A stretch of DNA of 64,000 nucleotides, taken from the IMG/VR virus record IMGVR_UViG_3300032313_001394, positions 1-64,000 of that record, one strand, 5' to 3'. This stretch comes from a virus. This document shows, in pieces, positions 49,859-63,176 of the stretch; position 1 is the first letter of the stretch, and every line of letters starts with the position of its first letter. The notes below the pieces were generated by a model that did not search any database, was not told the DNA's origin, and saw only the letters and a list, made by a program, of their open reading frames with translations. The position numbers and the translations under genes were made by a program.

Positions 49859-49871
49859 ATATTAATAAATA

Positions 49872-52093
<2,222 letters not shown>

Positions 52094-53032
52094 ATTAATT
52101 CAGTAAAACTAACTGCAAAGTCACAATTATTTTTAACTATTGCTTTTATTAATCCAGCATTACTAGTTAATGTTTTATCATCACAATTACTTCCACTTAT
52201 AGTAGCATCAAAAGTATAATTAGTATAATATGTCCCTAAGCCAACATTAGCAAAAGTAGTAGTACCATTATTATTATCTGTAAATAAAGTGTAATCAAAA
52301 TTAAATAATTCTAAACTACCTGTTAATAATATATCATTAGTATTACGAAGTGTTATGGATGCTGATATTGGAATAATTCTACTAGTATCAGTATCTAAAT
52401 AATTTACTTCTCTATAATTAGCTAATGGTGGTAAAGGCCACATTGATTGATAATCTTGATTTGTTATTATTGCTAATCCATGAGCATAAAAGATATTACC
52501 TACATGAACATTAGAATTTTTAGTATCTCTTAAATTACCTATACCATCATCTTCAATATAATAAACAGAAGAGGATAATTCAAATTCGTAGGGTAAAATT
52601 TGTTCACCATATAAATTTTTACTTATAGATAAAACACGTATACCTTCATTAGCTCCAGTAGGAAATGTTTTTCTTAATCCTGAATTTTCATTATAATTAA
52701 AATAAGAACCCGTTGCTCTTACTTGAGAACTTCCATCATAATATAAAGAAGACAATAATGAACTAGTATTTAAATTTAAATTACTAGATGAATACTGTTG
52801 ATAAAATAAATGATTAATTTGAGAATAAACTAATCTCTCATATTCTCCTTGAGTTACCGGATCATGATTAGATGAAAAGGAACTGATTAGATTAGTTCCT
52901 TTCAAAATCTTTATATTTTGATCATTTTCCGGATAAGGACAATATTCGAAAACCCAATTTTTATTGGCTACATACGGAACGGAAATTATATCCGATCGTT
53001 TTAATCTTTTAAATGAAGCCATTTAATTATTT

Positions 53033-54043
53033 TTAATAGTCTAACTTAATTCTAACTAAAGCTTCTTTAGTAAAATCTTTAATTAATGGACGAGACAATT
53101 TAGCAACAGCTACTAATTCGTTATTATCATTATACATACCTACAGTTGTAAAATATGTTTGAGGATTATTAATTAAAGTATCATATAATAAACTACCACT
53201 ATTATTTATAATTGAAGGATTTGTAGTATAATTATATTCATTATTTTTTACACGAGTGAAGAAATAACGAGATGATACAGTTTCTTCAGATTGAAGTGTA
53301 AAACTATTAGTTGTTCCTTTTATAACTCCGAATATTCTAGCATAATTACTAGTATTAGCAATATTAGTAGAATCAGTGACATTAATATCATTTAATGCTA
53401 TACCTCCTGAACCTGAATTTACAGATAGTGCCTTAGGGTTTAATAAAATAACACCTAAATCAGGAAACATTAAACCATAACTACCACTTACACCAGCTAA
53501 TGAAGTAGCAGCAGTTCCACCACTACCTGAAATTAAAGTATAATAACGATTTGAACCTATAAAATTAGTAACTGAACCATTTACTACACTATCATCTGTT
53601 AAACTAAGTATTGTTCTACCAAAATCAGAACCCGATAATTGTAAAGTTAAAGAACCAGGTTTAATTGCATCTTTATAACAAGAACGGGCAATATTTAAAG
53701 CAATAAAATCTGGAGAAGTATATGTTCCGAAAATAAAAGCTGAATTTTCATCATTATAGATTAAACTTCTATATTGTCCATAATTAATACGAGTTGGTGT
53801 TCTACCAACTACAGCAGCATTTAATGGAGCTGAACCTGAACCACTAACATGACCATATTGAATAGAAAATTGAACGGATGAAGTAGCTGAAGTATCGTAT
53901 ACATTCACATAATAAGGACTAGTAATAATACTAGAAGTAAAGAATGTGTTTAAACTAGCTGTATTAGTAGTTTTCCACATTCCTCTTACTACGGTTTCTG
54001 AACTTATTACTGAATCCTCAGTAGCGTATCTTGAAAATGACAT
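53033..54043 (-). CDS. tail/baseplate structural protein
   Basis: SGS-rich; C-terminal TTVGMYNDNNELVAVAKL motif. Confidence 0.65.
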   Translation of the reverse strand: MSFSRYATEDSVISSETVVRGMWKTTNTASLNTFFTSSIITSPYYVNVYDTSATSSVQFSIQYGHVSGSGSAPLNAAVVGRTPTRINYGQYRSLIYNDENSAFIFGTYTSPDFIALNIARSCYKDAIKPGSLTLQLSGSDFGRTILSLTDDSVVNGSVTNFIGSNRYYTLISGSGGTAATSLAGVSGSYGLMFPDLGVILLNPKALSVNSGSGGIALNDINVTDSTNIANTSNYARIFGVIKGTTNSFTLQSEETVSSRYFFTRVKNNEYNYTTNPSIINNSGSLLYDTLINNPQTYFTTVGMYNDNNELVAVAKLSRPLIKDFTKEALVRIKLDY

Positions 54044-54044
54044 A

Positions 54045-54707
54045 TTATAAGTTATTTACTTTAATTATATTTACAGGAATAGTAATTCTAGCACCTGAAT
54101 CTCTACCAATTACTGTAATAGTGGTTGATAATTGAGATGTTGAAGTACCAAATAATGTATTAATTGTAGTACCAGTTAATGTAAATGAAGTACCTAATAC
54201 TGATTTACTTAATTGAGCACCGGTAGTTGTATTAGCATCTGTTACTGGAGTATTTGAAGTAATACCAGTACCATTAAATGTAGATAGTAATCTAATATCT
54301 GCTATTGTTGCTGTATAGCCATTAGATTCAAATATTGAAGTAGCTCCTAGATAATTTAATGTTTGAGGAGTAATAGTTAATGTAGCTCCTTGACGAACTG
54401 ATATTATATCATATCCTAAAGAAATAACAGGCAATTTTGAAGTTCCACGAGGTAAAGTAACTAATTTATATCTCATAATTTGAGATTCATCAGGGAATGC
54501 TTCAATCATAGGCATGGCTTCAATAGCTTCACCATAAAAAGCTGAACCTGAAGGGTGAGTTGGATTATATAAAGTATAATCGATTTCATCATCAGCTAAT
54601 GAAAATTGGGTAATCTGAAAAGAACCGTCATTTCGTGCTAATAATTCACGTCCTTTGGTGGTTAATACAGCATCTACTGTTATTGTAGTATTATTTAAAA
54701 TTGCCAT
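54045..54707 (-). CDS. tail/baseplate structural protein
   Basis: DAVLTTKGRELLA...ITQFSLADDEIDY motif. Confidence 0.65.
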   Translation of the reverse strand: MAILNNTTITVDAVLTTKGRELLARNDGSFQITQFSLADDEIDYTLYNPTHPSGSAFYGEAIEAMPMIEAFPDESQIMRYKLVTLPRGTSKLPVISLGYDIISVRQGATLTITPQTLNYLGATSIFESNGYTATIADIRLLSTFNGTGITSNTPVTDANTTTGAQLSKSVLGTSFTLTGTTINTLFGTSTSQLSTTITVIGRDSGARITIPVNIIKVNNL

Positions 54708-54755
54708 AATTTATTGTTATTTTCGTATAAATATATATGTTTATAAAATTATTGA

Positions 54756-57700
54756 TTAAAAGTTAGTATTTGTAATTCCAAAATCAATTAATTTTTGCTT
54801 TACTTCTTTAGTTATAGTATCTATATTATCTAATACATCAGGATGTATATTATTAGGTATAATAAGACCAATAGATGTTTCACCATCTTTTTTATTAAAT
54901 TGTAAAAGAATATTAGCTTCATCTTTAACTTTAGTTAAAAATAAAAATTGACTTATATCCGAACTAGAGTAAACTGATTTATTTAAAATACTAGGTAAAT
55001 CAGAATATAATTTTAAAGTTAATTGATTATTTAAAATATTAACATCTGATATTTCTGATTCGAAATAAGAATTTGAAGGACCATAATATAATATTATTAA
55101 ATCTCCTTTTTTAGGTGAGAATGTAAATAAAGCATCATTATAAGTATTATATAAAGTATTTTGAACAAATCCACTTCCACTAGGTAAAAATAAATAATCT
55201 TTAAAATTAGTTAAAGATCTATTTAATACTAAACTACCGGAAATAGAACCCGATATAAAAGGAGAAGCTCCTGAATTACTAGTAGCAAAAGGATTATTAC
55301 CTATTTGATTTTGTTGAATTGAACTAAAAATTATTCCATTATTTGATAAATTATCATATTTTTCAATAGAAGCAGTAAAGTTATTAGTTGTAAAAGCTAC
55401 ACTTCCTGTAGTTAATTCGAATGCTATTTTATCACCTAAAGTAAATGGTTTAAAATCTGAATCTAAATTAAAATTTAAATAATTAATTAGATTACTAGTA
55501 GGAAATGTATATAATTTTTTATCAGTTGTAGGTAAAAGAAAAGTATCAGTACAATTAGGAGAAAGAAGTCCAATTGATAAAAAATAAGCATTTGTTACAT
55601 AATATTCTCCACTACCAAATAAATTACATAAATTATCAAGATAAGCACCCGCTATAATTTTATATAATGTAGTATTTGCGGGTAATACTTCTCCAGTAGT
55701 ATTACCTCCTTCATCATAAATAGTTGTGTTAGCAGGTAAACTAATAGTAGGATTTCCTTCTGGTATTTTAGCAAATTGTAAACTAGTATTAACAGTAGAA
55801 CGAATTCCAGAGGCCGCGGAAAGTGTTTGAGATACTAATGTACTATCTCCTACTTTTTTAATAGCAGCAGTAAATGAACCTGCTTGATTATTAGATTTAA
55901 ATTCTAATTTTATTGTAAATTTAAAATTAAATCTTTGATCTCCCGTTTCTTGAATACTATAAGTAGAAAATGTATTATTTCCAAAATTACTATAAAAAAT
56001 ATTACCATCTTTATAAAGAGTATTATTTGGATCATTAGTTACTTTATCAACTGCTTTAAATATTTTACCTCCTACAATAGGATAAGTTTCAGTACCTGGT
56101 GTACTACCACTTATAATACCTCCATTTAATAAACGAATTTGAAATTGTTTAGCTAAAGTATCTCCAGTATAATTAAAATATAAATTTGAATTAGGATTAG
56201 AACTATACGGACCATTATATAATATAGGAAAATAAGAATATCCGCTAGTGTATATTAATTTTTCACCATCAGTTGATTTTTGAGAAACAGCATTAGTTTC
56301 AGAATTTCGAGAATTATCAAATTGAGCTACTGTTAATATCTCACCTGATTTAAAAATATTTTGTACTTCTTCCCAATTTTTATTCTTTTTATTTAATTCA
56401 GTTAAACTACCACTTTCATCAACAAGATATTTTAAAAAAACATTATTTTGTTGAGGATAAGTAAAAAATGGATTTCGTTGAATTTGAGTAAATAAACCTA
56501 ATTTTCTAGTATGATGATTAATAACTGATTCTTTACCAAATGTTATATCACCTCCATAATTAGAAGAAGCTGAAGAATATATATTTAATTTTAATCCTGA
56601 TAATTTACTTCCTTCATATCTAGAATTTTTATGTCCTAATAAATTTAATTGGCTATCTTGTAATTCAGCATCTGATATAAACTCATATTTGGTTGAACTA
56701 GTATTAAATACTTTACCATTAACCGTAGTATATAAAGGTTCTACTTTTTGTCTTATAGAAGAAACAATACTTGAAGAAACATTATTTAAAGTAATGTTAA
56801 AATCAGTATGATTAAATAAATTTATATCAATTGATTCAGTAGGAAATAAATATGGATTTATATGTTCATCATCAAAATAACTATAAACATTAACATATGA
56901 ACCTGTTATTTGTCCATCATAAAATGAAGTTTTAGTACCATTTAGTTTATCATAGTAATAACTTTTATCCTCTTCAATAGTTGGAGCAGCATATTCAGCT
57001 TCATATACTATATTTTCTTCTACTTTAGGATGATAAACAGGAATTTTATTTCTTTCTAAAACTGATGATTTGATAGTTACTCCAGTTAAAGCGTTTGTTC
57101 TAGCAGGAACAAAATCTTTTAGCATTTTAAATAAACTATTATCAAAATATTTTACTAATTCAATAAATCCTTTATAATCTAATGGTTTTTCACTACCGGA
57201 AATAGCAGAACTAGCTGAAATAAAATAATTATTTTGTTGAATTAATAATTGATAAGATGATGAATTTATTAAAGCCGGATCACCAATATAATCATCTAAT
57301 GAAAATGTAGGTGCTAAAATAGCAATAGATGCTGATAATCGGGTATTTAATTCATTTTGAGGACTAAAAGATAAATCAACAAAATGTAAATCAGTTGAAG
57401 TAAATTCAGATGATGAAGTTGATTTTTGTTGTAATGAAATAAATGGTGATAAAACACTACCCGTAATGGTATTATTTTGAATAGTTATTTTATCATTATC
57501 AAATCCTTTAATTTTATTTTTCTTAGTAGACCCACCAAATTCTTTAGGATTAAGTATACTACTAGTAATACCAAACGTATTAATTAAATTTTGTAAACCG
57601 ATAGATGTACCTCTAGTTTTAGATAATAAAGGTATATTATGGTATATTCTTTTATATGTTTCAGCTAATAAATCTTTTTTAGGAATATTATTTAAATAAC

Positions 57701-59210
57701 TACTAGTAATTGAAAAATTATCTGTAAATAATGTACTTCCGCTATTTAATCCTCCAACATAATCACTAAAATTATCATCACCTTTACTATTATAAAGTTT
57801 AACACCTAATGATTGTAAAGCATTATAGACTGTATCTTTAGATACACCTTTTTCTAAATTATTATCAGCATTATAAAGTTCATTAATTGATGTAATATAA
57901 ATCCATATATTATCAAAATAATGACCAATCATATCTACAAAATCATAATATGATTGATAATTAGTTGGATCATTTTTTATAAAATTAGGAATAATATTAT
58001 ATAAACGATCTAAATTATTTTCATCATAAATAATAGCAGAACCAGTATAAGTATTATACCAAGATACTACATTAATTGAACTAGTAGAAGCTAAATAATA
58101 TGGTTTTATATTAGTGGTTTTGGGCCAAGCATAAGATGAAGATTCAAAATACATATAGTTTTCAAATCCATCAAAATTTTTAATAATATTATCTATTTCT
58201 AATTTAATAGAAGCTGTTTGTTCATTTTTTAATACATTAGTAGAACCTGTAATTATATTAATATTATTATTATAATTTTCAATTTGTTTTACTTTATCAT
58301 AAAAAATATTTAAACGTGTTTCAGCTGAACTAAAATGAGTAAAATTTTCAAATGATGTATAATCAATATTTAAATCATATGAATCATCATTCATATAGTT
58401 TAAAACTTGTTGATATGATGAACCGGTTAAAGATGAAACTAAAGAAGAATAATTTTGATAATCAGTACTTACATTTTGTTTAACATCTATATTAATATCA
58501 AAATTAGGACCTCTTAATAAAGGAGCATCATTAGGAATTACAGAAGTGTCTAAATTTATATCAAACACATACGGTTCAATAATTTCTTCTGTTATCCAAC
58601 ATGTTTCTTTTTCAAATATATTTTGGATTAAAGGTTCATATAATTTTAATAAAATTGAAGAATCTTCAACTTTAATAGCAACATTAACTACTAATATTTT
58701 TACATTATCTGAAAAATTTAATATAAAATATTTTTGTTCTGAAGAACTTTCTAATTCATTAATTAAATCATTTCCATGTTTAATTAAATCTTCAGATGAT
58801 AATATTGTTGATTTAATACTAAGTTCAGTCCTATCTTCAGAAATTCTACTGATAAATAATTCTGAATCTGAAGATGATATTTTTTTAGTTTGAAAATTAT
58901 ATTGGGTTGTAAATTGACCCGAAATATATCCAAAAGATTGTAAATCTGTTGTTGGATCAATTTCAATTAAAGGTAATTTGAAATCAGGAGTAAGATAAGA
59001 ATCAGATGGTAATTTAAAATTTCTATAATTATAATTACTATCAATTAAATTTCCTCCACCATCATATATAAAATATTCAATATAATCATTTTCAAAACCA
59101 AAAGTTTGATTTTTTACTTGTACATTAAGTAAATTTAAATCTTCTAATTTTAAACGATTTATTCGTTGAATATCATTTATATTACCAATAATTCTTATAT
59201 TATCTGCCAT
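54756..59210 (-). CDS. large baseplate/tail structural protein
   Basis: 1484 aa; FVDMIGHYFD.IW.YI, RIYHN.P.L.KT.GT..GL..LI..FG motifs resembling baseplate wedge proteins. Confidence 0.6.
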   Translation of the reverse strand: MADNIRIIGNINDIQRINRLKLEDLNLLNVQVKNQTFGFENDYIEYFIYDGGGNLIDSNYNYRNFKLPSDSYLTPDFKLPLIEIDPTTDLQSFGYISGQFTTQYNFQTKKISSSDSELFISRISEDRTELSIKSTILSSEDLIKHGNDLINELESSSEQKYFILNFSDNVKILVVNVAIKVEDSSILLKLYEPLIQNIFEKETCWITEEIIEPYVFDINLDTSVIPNDAPLLRGPNFDINIDVKQNVSTDYQNYSSLVSSLTGSSYQQVLNYMNDDSYDLNIDYTSFENFTHFSSAETRLNIFYDKVKQIENYNNNINIITGSTNVLKNEQTASIKLEIDNIIKNFDGFENYMYFESSSYAWPKTTNIKPYYLASTSSINVVSWYNTYTGSAIIYDENNLDRLYNIIPNFIKNDPTNYQSYYDFVDMIGHYFDNIWIYITSINELYNADNNLEKGVSKDTVYNALQSLGVKLYNSKGDDNFSDYVGGLNSGSTLFTDNFSITSSYLNNIPKKDLLAETYKRIYHNIPLLSKTRGTSIGLQNLINTFGITSSILNPKEFGGSTKKNKIKGFDNDKITIQNNTITGSVLSPFISLQQKSTSSSEFTSTDLHFVDLSFSPQNELNTRLSASIAILAPTFSLDDYIGDPALINSSSYQLLIQQNNYFISASSAISGSEKPLDYKGFIELVKYFDNSLFKMLKDFVPARTNALTGVTIKSSVLERNKIPVYHPKVEENIVYEAEYAAPTIEEDKSYYYDKLNGTKTSFYDGQITGSYVNVYSYFDDEHINPYLFPTESIDINLFNHTDFNITLNNVSSSIVSSIRQKVEPLYTTVNGKVFNTSSTKYEFISDAELQDSQLNLLGHKNSRYEGSKLSGLKLNIYSSASSNYGGDITFGKESVINHHTRKLGLFTQIQRNPFFTYPQQNNVFLKYLVDESGSLTELNKKNKNWEEVQNIFKSGEILTVAQFDNSRNSETNAVSQKSTDGEKLIYTSGYSYFPILYNGPYSSNPNSNLYFNYTGDTLAKQFQIRLLNGGIISGSTPGTETYPIVGGKIFKAVDKVTNDPNNTLYKDGNIFYSNFGNNTFSTYSIQETGDQRFNFKFTIKLEFKSNNQAGSFTAAIKKVGDSTLVSQTLSAASGIRSTVNTSLQFAKIPEGNPTISLPANTTIYDEGGNTTGEVLPANTTLYKIIAGAYLDNLCNLFGSGEYYVTNAYFLSIGLLSPNCTDTFLLPTTDKKLYTFPTSNLINYLNFNLDSDFKPFTLGDKIAFELTTGSVAFTTNNFTASIEKYDNLSNNGIIFSSIQQNQIGNNPFATSNSGASPFISGSISGSLVLNRSLTNFKDYLFLPSGSGFVQNTLYNTYNDALFTFSPKKGDLIILYYGPSNSYFESEISDVNILNNQLTLKLYSDLPSILNKSVYSSSDISQFLFLTKVKDEANILLQFNKKDGETSIGLIIPNNIHPDVLDNIDTITKEVKQKLIDFGITNTNF

Positions 59211-59545
59211 TATTTTTTATTTAAATCTGATAATGTTTTATTAGCGCCTAATAATTCTTGTCTTAAAGAAGTAATTTCATCTAATAAAGCTTGTATATTG
59301 GTTTGATCATTTATATTAACACCTAAATATTCTGCTTCTTTATTTAAAATATATCGATGAGAATCTATATCTCCTTCTTTAGGAATTTGATTAAATAATT
59401 CGTCATATAATTGAAAGAAATCATCAAGAGTAAATGTATCTTCAACATTAACATCTTCATTAATTAATTGTTTGAATTTAGTATCAACTATTTTTTCAAA
59501 ATCTTGTTTATTAAAAATACTTTTATCTAAAGATATTTGAGTCAT
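59210..59545 (-). CDS. hypothetical protein with C-terminal coiled coil
   Basis: 111 aa in the baseplate operon. Confidence 0.65.
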   Translation of the reverse strand: MTQISLDKSIFNKQDFEKIVDTKFKQLINEDVNVEDTFTLDDFFQLYDELFNQIPKEGDIDSHRYILNKEAEYLGVNINDQTNIQALLDEITSLRQELLGANKTLSDLNKK

Positions 59546-60621
59546 TATTGTATAACTTTAAAATAATTATTATCTTCAATTACTATTGTACTACCACTTA
59601 TAATTGTTTTTACTAATACTTGATAGTATCTTTCAGGTTGTAAACCATTCATATATAAATCAAAATAATTACCTGATGAATCACAAGATAATTTTGTAAA
59701 TGTAGTATCAAAGTCTATTATAAATTCATCAGTTTTAATATCTTTAATAGCATAATATGATGAAGTAGGTAATATTTTATTATTTAAATATACAGAAGAG
59801 GTTTGAAAACTCCTAGCAGGATATTGATCTCTTACATTTACTCTAAAACGATTTACTGAGTCAATTTGGAATTCACCTTTATTATTAGCTAATGTAATTG
59901 TTGGATTTGATGATATAATTGTAGATAAAGAACCAGGATTATAAATAAAATCATTCCATCTAAATTCTAAACATGGAGGATAAATAGTATGGGTATCTAC
60001 TGAAAAATATTTAGTTTCAAAAGGAAAATTTGTTGTAAATTCTAAAGAACTAGAATGTTTAATTATAAATCCATTTTGATAAAAACTAGAGCTAATAGTA
60101 TTAGTTACATCTAATTCAATATCTTTATCAGTAGCATATGTAAAAGATTGAGTAGCAGTAAAATAACTTGATGTATACCATACTCCTCCTCCTATATTAC
60201 TTCCAGTATATTCATTAGTAGTTCCATTAAAAGAAGAAGTAAATATACTTCCACTTAAATTATCTCTATATTTCCAACTTACCCCATTTGTAGTAGATGG
60301 AATATTAGCTGCTCTACCAGTTCCCATATTCCAAGATCCTGAAATAGGATGACAATATATAGTATAATTTAAAGGTATTTCATTAGTATTAGCTAGAAAT
60401 AATTTTAAATAAGCTTTATAATTAGATAAACCTATTTTATTAGTTAAAATATCTTGGATTTCTAAATTTGTAAACGATATTAGAATACGAGATACTTCAC
60501 CTAATTGTTCTATAGAATCGTAAATACTTAAATCTAATATTTCATCTAATCCAGTATTTTTTATTGGATAAAATGAATATATAGAAGCGTCTTTATCAGG
60601 AAATATTTTATAAATTGCCAT
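59545..60621 (-). CDS. virion structural protein
   Basis: DASIY....NTGLDEIL, SR.LI.F, W.MGTG, THTIYPP motifs. Confidence 0.65.
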   Translation of the reverse strand: MAIYKIFPDKDASIYSFYPIKNTGLDEILDLSIYDSIEQLGEVSRILISFTNLEIQDILTNKIGLSNYKAYLKLFLANTNEIPLNYTIYCHPISGSWNMGTGRAANIPSTTNGVSWKYRDNLSGSIFTSSFNGTTNEYTGSNIGGGVWYTSSYFTATQSFTYATDKDIELDVTNTISSSFYQNGFIIKHSSSLEFTTNFPFETKYFSVDTHTIYPPCLEFRWNDFIYNPGSLSTIISSNPTITLANNKGEFQIDSVNRFRVNVRDQYPARSFQTSSVYLNNKILPTSSYYAIKDIKTDEFIIDFDTTFTKLSCDSSGNYFDLYMNGLQPERYYQVLVKTIISGSTIVIEDNNYFKVIQ

Positions 60622-60623
60622 TA

Positions 60624-62429
60624 TTAATATGTAATTATTCTACCATTTATGTCATTATCAAGGAAACGGACTTCAAATATACTTGGATCAATTGAAGGAT
60701 AAATTATTCCATTTCTAGTAGCTGATATAATATCATAAGCATATGGAGAATAACCACCGCTTTGCTTATTTACAATTTCAATTTTAGGAACGGATCTTAC
60801 ACCAGGAACTTTGATTAGAAGTGAATTAATTTCGGATAAAATAATAGGTTGATTAATTTGCCATGCATCTATATTAAAATAATTTTTTAATTGAGATATA
60901 CACGCAGATAATAATTCTTTATTATTATAACTTGGATCAACTGTTATTTCAAAATTTACTCCAATATTAATATAAAATGCATTTTTGATGTTAATAGCAT
61001 CAGTAATCATTCTATATTCATCTAAATATGTTTTTAAATTTGTTTTTAATACTGAATTAGTTTGGATTAATTGTTTATTTGCATTATATGCTAAAATATA
61101 TAAATCTAAACTTAAAGGATTACCAGAAACTAAATTACCTAATGAATTATAAGTTTCTTGTGTTATATATGCTTTAGCAATATTACCATAACGAGAAGGT
61201 AAACTTAATGTTCTAAATATATAATCTTCTTTAGTTACTGCTCTATTTTGAGCTGTATATGCGTTTAATGTATTTAAACGAATTTCTTCAATAGTATCAG
61301 CTCCTCTACCTCCAGTAGCAGGAATAGGATTATTTACTAATAAACTATTTATAATTATAGCTTTAACACCAGCATCTGCTGGATTATATTTAAACCAATT
61401 ACTTAAAGCATTAGTAGTATCAATTGATGATAATGAATTAGCAGGTAAATTAGATTCAATTCCACCTCCTACTAGATATTGAATATTTAAACTACCTGAA
61501 GGCGCTACTCCATATGTTTTAGAAAAAAATACAGAGGCTTTATTATAATCATCTACTAAACCTCCTACACTAGGTATTAAACCTAAATTAATATTTTCTG
61601 GAGTTGGTAATATTGTAGAATCATAATTAGATACTCCAGCACCAAATTGTAATTCAATAGATCCTGTATTTTTAACTCTAGTTACAAATCGATTAGGTAC
61701 ATTTTTTAATTGTAATAAATAATTAATTCCATCACTTCCTGATGTAGGATTTAAAGAAGATGAAAATATAATATTTTGAGCTAAATAAGGAACTTCATAC
61801 CATTTTGAATTATCACTACCACTAACAGATAATATTTGAATAATATTATTATCATTTATAGTAGTAGAAACGAATTTATTATTACCTAAAAAATTAACTG
61901 TTGTTGATTTAATTTCAGCTGAAATAACAGGAATTGTTTTTTTAGCTAAAAAATAATTATTATTATAAAAAGTAATTTCAGCAGATGAAGTTTGAGAAAA
62001 ATCTATATCTTCAGTTGTTATAAATTTAGAAAAATTAGAATTACTAGTTACTACTGTATTAGCAGGAATTAATAATGAATATGATAAATCAGGAGAACCA
62101 CCTACTGAAGGTAGTAATTGATATATTTCAATATTAGTAGTAGAAGCATAAGATAATTTAGGGCGATATCCAAATGAATAGGCTAAATTATATAAACTTT
62201 CTTGTTCTTTAGCTAAATTTAAAAAATTTTCTTGAAATTGAGTATCAATATAAAATGAAGAAACATCACCAACATATGATGCCATTTCAATAAACATATT
62301 TCCTGGAGATGCTTCTGAAAAATCATTATAAGTATTAGGAAAATAGGTTTTAGCAAAATCTTGAAGTGATAATTTAAAATCACTAAATGATTTATTTAAA
62401 TAATTTATATTTTTAGGCTCAGTTGTCAT
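60624..62429 (-). CDS. baseplate wedge protein (T4 gp6 / baseplate J-like)
   Basis: DFSEASPG.MFIEM.SYVGD..SFY.D, NLA..FGY, GG...TIEEIR, QNRAVT.EDY. Confidence 0.85.
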   Translation of the reverse strand: MTTEPKNINYLNKSFSDFKLSLQDFAKTYFPNTYNDFSEASPGNMFIEMASYVGDVSSFYIDTQFQENFLNLAKEQESLYNLAYSFGYRPKLSYASTTNIEIYQLLPSVGGSPDLSYSLLIPANTVVTSNSNFSKFITTEDIDFSQTSSAEITFYNNNYFLAKKTIPVISAEIKSTTVNFLGNNKFVSTTINDNNIIQILSVSGSDNSKWYEVPYLAQNIIFSSSLNPTSGSDGINYLLQLKNVPNRFVTRVKNTGSIELQFGAGVSNYDSTILPTPENINLGLIPSVGGLVDDYNKASVFFSKTYGVAPSGSLNIQYLVGGGIESNLPANSLSSIDTTNALSNWFKYNPADAGVKAIIINSLLVNNPIPATGGRGADTIEEIRLNTLNAYTAQNRAVTKEDYIFRTLSLPSRYGNIAKAYITQETYNSLGNLVSGNPLSLDLYILAYNANKQLIQTNSVLKTNLKTYLDEYRMITDAINIKNAFYINIGVNFEITVDPSYNNKELLSACISQLKNYFNIDAWQINQPIILSEINSLLIKVPGVRSVPKIEIVNKQSGGYSPYAYDIISATRNGIIYPSIDPSIFEVRFLDNDINGRIITY

Positions 62430-62845
62430 TGTAAAGTTGAGAAGTCTATAATAATATTATCTTTAGTTCCTGATAGTTTTATTATATATGAAATATTGAT
62501 ATATAAAATATTATAATCAGTATCAGGATTAATTTCTATATCAGTTAATTCAATTTCAGGTATATAAGTAGTTACACTATTAATTATTTGATTTTGTATT
62601 TTTTCAAATGTTTCTGGAGTGATTTGTTCAAATATTAATCGAGGTAAATCGGCACCAAATTCAGGATTTTCTATTCGTTCTCCTTTATATGTTAATAAAA
62701 GATTAATTAAATTAGATTTAATTTGATCTTTAGTAGCATATGTACTTTTAAATACACCTCCAGCATTAAACGGAAGACTAACTCCTACGGCTTTATTTTT
62801 ATCTAAATCTCTAGGATCAATCCTAACTACTTGAGGTATAGGCAT
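62426..62845 (-). CDS. gp25: baseplate wedge/sheath initiator (gp25/GPW family)
   Basis: IKSNLINLLLT.KGER..NPEFG..L..LIFE. Confidence 0.88.
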   Translation of the reverse strand: MPIPQVVRIDPRDLDKNKAVGVSLPFNAGGVFKSTYATKDQIKSNLINLLLTYKGERIENPEFGADLPRLIFEQITPETFEKIQNQIINSVTTYIPEIELTDIEINPDTDYNILYINISYIIKLSGTKDNIIIDFSTLQ

Positions 62846-62847
62846 AA

Positions 62848-63165
62848 TTATTCGCTATATTGTCTCATTTGAGCTAATTCTTGCGGAGTCATTGTAGCCG
62901 CAGTTTCAGCAATTATATCTAAATATGGATTTCCTGTTGATTGAACCTTTGGAGATGTTTGTTGATATCCATTATGTATAGGAGGAGTTTGTAAACCCAT
63001 CATATTAGCTAAATTTTTTCTATAAGCTACCATATCAACATCTTGTGAAGTAAAATTCATATTTCTATTCTCTTGAATAGGTTGAGGTTGAAAAGCAGAT
63101 AACTCCTCACGTAAAACTTCACGGACTGATTCTTTGATTAATTTTTTAAATACATCTATTTTCAT
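62848..63165 (-). CDS. hypothetical protein
   Basis: FKKLIKESVREVLREE leader. Confidence 0.65.
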   Translation of the reverse strand: MKIDVFKKLIKESVREVLREELSAFQPQPIQENRNMNFTSQDVDMVAYRKNLANMMGLQTPPIHNGYQQTSPKVQSTGNPYLDIIAETAATMTPQELAQMRQYSE

Positions 63166-63176
63166 GATTATAAATA